64,000 nt of DNA from the NCBI GenBank assembly GCA_030765505.1, contig JAVCCL010000001.1:12306-76305 (forward strand), written 5' to 3'. The notes beneath the pieces were generated by a model. That model saw nothing but the letters and a program-made list of their open reading frames with translations. It did not search any database and was not told the origin of the DNA. The position numbers were made by a program, and so were the translations under genes. How positions within the stretch are numbered: the stretch's first letter is position 1; each line of letters begins with the position of its first letter. Source of the DNA: Candidatus Kaelpia imicola (GTDB taxonomy: Bacteria > Omnitrophota > Gorgyraeia > Kaelpiales > Kaelpiaceae). Positions 60,122 through 64,000 of the stretch are shown here, one piece after another.

Positions 60122-61612
60122 ATGGTTACCGATCAACAGGTAAGGAGGTTGTTGTTACTCATGAAAAGCGAAAGAACTAAAGCAATAGCAGCGGCTAAGG
60201 CTGGCATGGACGAAAAGACTGCTCGAAAATACGTAAGAATAGGCAAACTGCCTAGTGAAATCGGGAAGAATCATAACTGGCAAACACGTCAAGATTCGTT
60301 TGAGGCAGACTGGAAGCAAATAAAGGAACTTCTAAAAGCTAATCCCGGCTTGGAAGCTAAAACAATCTTTGAGTATTTACAGCGAGAGAAGATAGGCGAA
60401 TATCAAGATGGCCAGTTACGAACGCTTCAACGCAGAGTAAAATACTGGCGGGCCACTGAAGGACCGGCCAAAGAAGTATTTTTCCCTCAGGTACACCGAC
60501 CGGGAGAATTATCAGAGTCTGATTTTACACATATGGAAAAATTAGGGATAACTATTCAAAGAGAACTGTTTGAGCATTTACTTTACCATTTTGTATTAAC
60601 CTATTCAAATTGGGAAACTGGTACAGTATGTTTTTCCGAAAGTTTTGAAAGCTTATCTGCTGGATACCAAAACGCGGTTTGGGAATTAGGCGGAGCAACT
60701 AAAAAACATCGTACTGACCGAATGAGTTCAGCGGTAAATAAAGACTGTAATCCGGAGAAATTTACCAAAAGGTATAAATCTTTGTTACGTCATTATAGAG
60801 TTGAGCCTGAACGTACTAATCCTGCCCGGGCTAATGAAAACGGCGATGTAGAACAGCGGCATTACCGGTTTAAAAAAGCCGTAAGTCAGGCATTAATGTT
60901 ACGCGGCAGCCGTGATTTTAATTCACGACAGGAATATAAACAATTCCTGCGTAGAATATTTGAGCAGCTGAATGCCGGACGGCAAAAGAGATTAGAAGAA
61001 GAACTCACTGTGCTGCGGCGTCTTCCTGCAAGGAAATTAGATGACTATAAGCCTTTGGAGGTTACAGTAAGCCCTTCAAGCACCATTCATGTCCAACATA
61101 ACACCTATTCTGTCCATAGCCGGTTGATCGGCGAAAGAGTTATAGTTAAAATTTATGTGGATTATTTGGAAGTCTGGTATGCTCAGCGTAAGGTAGAACA
61201 TATCCCCCGCCTGCGGGGAGAAGGCAAATACCGTATATACTACCGGCATATCATAGATTGGCTGGTACGCAAACCGGGAGCGTTTGAAAACTATCGTTAT
61301 AAGTCAGAAATGTTCCCTTCGAGCTATTTTAGGATGGCATACGATTATTTGAAGCGTGAGAATCCTCTTAGAGCCAATAAAGAATATGTAGCTGTACTTT
61401 ATATGGCTCATAAAGAAGGAGAAACCCGTACAGAGTCAGCTATACGGCATCTTTTATCTCAAGAACAGCCTCTCTCAGCTGAAAACATGCGGCAGGCAGT
61501 AATTAGAGAGAATAAAATACCTCTGGTTACTGACATAGTCATAGACGATGTCTCTCTAAAAATTTACGATGAACTTTTAAACATTAGAGAGGAGGTAACT
61601 GTTTATGGATAA
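60122..61612 (+). CDS. istA: IS21 transposase
   Basis: PG...SDF, TDRM, ENG.VE, NTYSV. Confidence 0.93.
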   Translation: MVTDQQVRRLLLLMKSERTKAIAAAKAGMDEKTARKYVRIGKLPSEIGKNHNWQTRQDSFEADWKQIKELLKANPGLEAKTIFEYLQREKIGEYQDGQLRTLQRRVKYWRATEGPAKEVFFPQVHRPGELSESDFTHMEKLGITIQRELFEHLLYHFVLTYSNWETGTVCFSESFESLSAGYQNAVWELGGATKKHRTDRMSSAVNKDCNPEKFTKRYKSLLRHYRVEPERTNPARANENGDVEQRHYRFKKAVSQALMLRGSRDFNSRQEYKQFLRRIFEQLNAGRQKRLEEELTVLRRLPARKLDDYKPLEVTVSPSSTIHVQHNTYSVHSRLIGERVIVKIYVDYLEVWYAQRKVEHIPRLRGEGKYRIYYRHIIDWLVRKPGAFENYRYKSEMFPSSYFRMAYDYLKRENPLRANKEYVAVLYMAHKEGETRTESAIRHLLSQEQPLSAENMRQAVIRENKIPLVTDIVIDDVSLKIYDELLNIREEVTVYG

Positions 61613-62369
61613 AAGCACACAATCCCGGTTACACGGTTATTTAGACGAGTTACGTTTGACCACAACTCGGAAACGTTATTCTGATATCGCTCAGAAGGCA
61701 CGTAAAGATATCTGGGGATATGAAGAATATCTGTTAAGCGTAGTTCAAGAGGAAAGCGAAACCAGAAGAGCTAAGCGTATAGAACGTCTATTACGCCAAT
61801 CCGGCTTGCCTCTTGAGAAAAGTTTAGACACCTTTGAACTAAAACGCCTGCCAAATAAGGTCAGACAGCAGCTAAATGTACTTCTGGAAGGCAGATTCCT
61901 TGACTATAGCGAAAACATTCTGATATTTGGCAATCCCGGCAGTGGAAAAACTCATTTAATTTGTGCTGTAGGCCAAGAGCTTATTCGGCAGGATAAACGA
62001 GTTTATTTTATTACTTGTGCCCTGCTGTTACAGGAATTGCTGGCAGCTAAACGTGATTTGAAACTGCCGAAGCTATTTAAAAAACTAAACCATTATCACG
62101 CTATTATTATTGACGATATCGGTTATGTACATCAGGCTAAAGAAGAAATGGAAGTATTATTTACGCTTTTGGCCCAACGCTATGAGCAAGGCAGCGTTAT
62201 GATTACCAGCAATCTGCCTTTTTCCAAATGGGAAAAAATATTCAAGGACCCTGTAATGACTGCTGCGGCTATTGACCGTATCGTGCATCATAGCATTATC
62301 CTTGAACTCAATATACCGAGTTATCGTATGGCTATGGCTAAAAACCGGAAAATTCAAGAAAGGAGGTAA
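61605..62369 (+). CDS. istB: IS21 AAA+ helper ATPase
   Basis: GNPGSGKTH, IIDDIGY, TSN.PF..W, DRIVHH. Confidence 0.95.
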   Translation: MDKSTQSRLHGYLDELRLTTTRKRYSDIAQKARKDIWGYEEYLLSVVQEESETRRAKRIERLLRQSGLPLEKSLDTFELKRLPNKVRQQLNVLLEGRFLDYSENILIFGNPGSGKTHLICAVGQELIRQDKRVYFITCALLLQELLAAKRDLKLPKLFKKLNHYHAIIIDDIGYVHQAKEEMEVLFTLLAQRYEQGSVMITSNLPFSKWEKIFKDPVMTAAAIDRIVHHSIILELNIPSYRMAMAKNRKIQERR

Positions 62370-62892
62370 TTTTTTTTAACTCAGGCATCGGGAAAAATAA
62401 TTGTCGTTGAAGGGAAAAAATAGTTGACGTCCATCACTGATGTGATATTTAGAAAGATCACATTCCAGAATAGGTCATGCAGAGGAGCAGAAAACCACAG
62501 TATCCTCATGAGCATACTGCAGACAGCAAAATTGAACGGATTAGACCCCATAAAAACTTTTGAGAAAATATTGCTCTGCACTGACAAGCTGTCTATCTTA
62601 AAACCTGCCTTTGAAAAACTGACGCCTGCTTACCATGATATTTCAATACTGCAGAAGGTATTTTCACTACCGCCTAAGACCAAAGATATGCAGTTAACTA
62701 CAGCAGCCCCTCCTTAAACATTATCATTATTTTTGTAATTTAGGTTAAACCAGGATAAGATTGCTTCCCCCGAAACTTTGGAGCTGCAAAGAGAGCTGAG
62801 TTATTCTCTGCGGATAGCTGAACTGTTACAATTCAGATGTTATTTTTGTACTCAGTTTGTAAAATAGTTTAATAAGTGGTATAAATATAGAT

Positions 62893-64000
62893 ATGAAGAT
62901 AAGAGGTAAAAATTTTATATTGCTATTATATGTGATGCCACTGTTTCTATTTATTTCTTTTATAAGCTCTACGCTTGAAGCAAGTTTTGTTCCTCAAGGA
63001 AATAAAAAGCCATTTGGGAAAATTGATTCAATTTTTATTCCAAACTCCAATCAAAACAATTTGTCCTATCCCAATTCTGTGGAATCAGAAGATGCTGATA
63101 ACGCCCTGCAAGGTTCATCCACAATGGTTTCTGACATATGGATAAACAGCCTGCAGATCGAAGCCCTGAAACATTTGGATATAATGATTAGTGATTTTCA
63201 ACCAGTCAATGAACGAATTGATTCTGCATTAAGACTTGTAGAATTGTTGAATCAAGATTTGTTGGAATATTCTTTAAATTTTACTTCTGAAAATGGAAAA
63301 AATATTATTTTAGGTCTCAGAAATTTTTGTATTGATAACACAACAAATGAAGAGCTTATTGAAAAAATTCCTATTGCATTAGAAAATATATTCCTCACAA
63401 CACAGTATGAAGATATAGCTAAATTTGCAAACGATAGCTTGCTATATATGCAAAAAGAAGGCGTCGAGCTTTCTCAGTTTTTTGCTTTTGAAGCTTCTGA
63501 GTTTGCAAGGCCTTTGTTTACGGAAAGTGACAAAGGAATTTTACCAGAAATATCTAATTTGATATCAGGAGATAATATAAAACTTCATACAGAAGTCATC
63601 CAAGACATAAGAACCGTCGACAGTAATATTCCATCATTACAATCTGACATCAGCGATCAATATGAAAATACAATTGATTATTTATGGGAGTATCTAAGCG
63701 ATTTAGGCATCGATGTAAAATTAGACCTTGCTCTATATGTAAATAACATCTTTGGAGAAATTTCTCCGCCTTTTGAGAATATAGTAGCTGTTATTCCAGG
63801 AGAAACTTATCCGGAGAAAAAAATAGTTATCTGCGCCCATTATGATTCTATAAATCATTCAGATGGAGGTATAGCCCCTGGGGCAAATGATAATGCCAGT
63901 GGTGTAGCAATAGCATTGGAAGTAATACGTGCTTTAAAAGATTCTAAAATTTTATTGGATTATACGGTTGAAATTGTTTTATTTGATGCTGAGGAAATAG
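62893..64000 (+). CDS. Secreted M28-family metallopeptidase (runs off window end)
   Basis: Not in ORF track; read from ATG 62893. Signal-like N-terminus, ICAHYDS, PGANDNASG, FDAEE. Confidence 0.85.
   Translation, partial: MKIRGKNFILLLYVMPLFLFISFISSTLEASFVPQGNKKPFGKIDSIFIPNSNQNNLSYPNSVESEDADNALQGSSTMVSDIWINSLQIEALKHLDIMISDFQPVNERIDSALRLVELLNQDLLEYSLNFTSENGKNIILGLRNFCIDNTTNEELIEKIPIALENIFLTTQYEDIAKFANDSLLYMQKEGVELSQFFAFEASEFARPLFTESDKGILPEISNLISGDNIKLHTEVIQDIRTVDSNIPSLQSDISDQYENTIDYLWEYLSDLGIDVKLDLALYVNNIFGEISPPFENIVAVIPGETYPEKKIVICAHYDSINHSDGGIAPGANDNASGVAIALEVIRALKDSKILLDYTVEIVLFDAEEI

Larger units (their letters stand above)
60022..62436 (+). mobile_element. IS21-family element
   Basis: TG...CA ends with imperfect IRs carrying repeated CAACGACAATT; 6-bp target duplication CTGATG (60016-60021, 62437-62442). 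Confidence 0.93.
58839..62717 (+). pseudogene. IS66 transposase TnpC split by IS21 (58839-60021 + 62443-62717)
   Basis: CPECG Zn ribbon, HADETGW, SDFLSAY, QRCLVH..R, NN.AE; rejoined frame reads QQIRPDV-IFRKITF. Confidence 0.9.
58360..62829 (+). mobile_element. IS66-family element, interrupted by IS21
   Basis: Terminal IRs GTAACAGTTCAGCTATC; 8-bp target duplication AATTCAGA (58352-58359, 62830-62837). Confidence 0.93.

Noticed and set aside
62424-62717. Independent 97-aa gene
   Set aside because: It is the C-terminal part of IS66 tnpC after the IS21 insertion

Overview
AT-rich bacterial chromosomal window from a diderm, probably anaerobic organism. The gene style is compatible with the PVC/Omnitrophota group, but that is inference only. 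From 5' to 3': (1) an MSHA-like major pilin separated from its minor pilins by about 15 kb of GT-C/TMTC-like, GT2, GT9 and radical-SAM genes, one of them frameshifted at a G10 tract; (2) an ArnC/ArnT-type lipid A modification set, ttuA-trmI, and an LPS core/Kdo operon in which DUF1846 sits where pyrG usually does; (3) a PilZ/two-component cluster; (4) an unusual membrane/export-linked AmmeMemoRadiSam operon; (5) housekeeping genes (purN, eno, ftsB-like, tRNA-fMet, rplM, rpsI). After tRNA-Pro lies a tandem array of 5'-half tRNA-Arg(TCT) copies. Each is fused to a lambda-like att arm (2 IHF consensus sites, 10-bp GTACA repeats, paired TTGTCCCCA sites). They bracket a 2.47-kb integrase-less cassette (DUF5752 + TreT). 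The second unit carries an IS66 interrupted by an IS21, then an M28 peptidase. All calls come from motif reading by eye; no searches were run.
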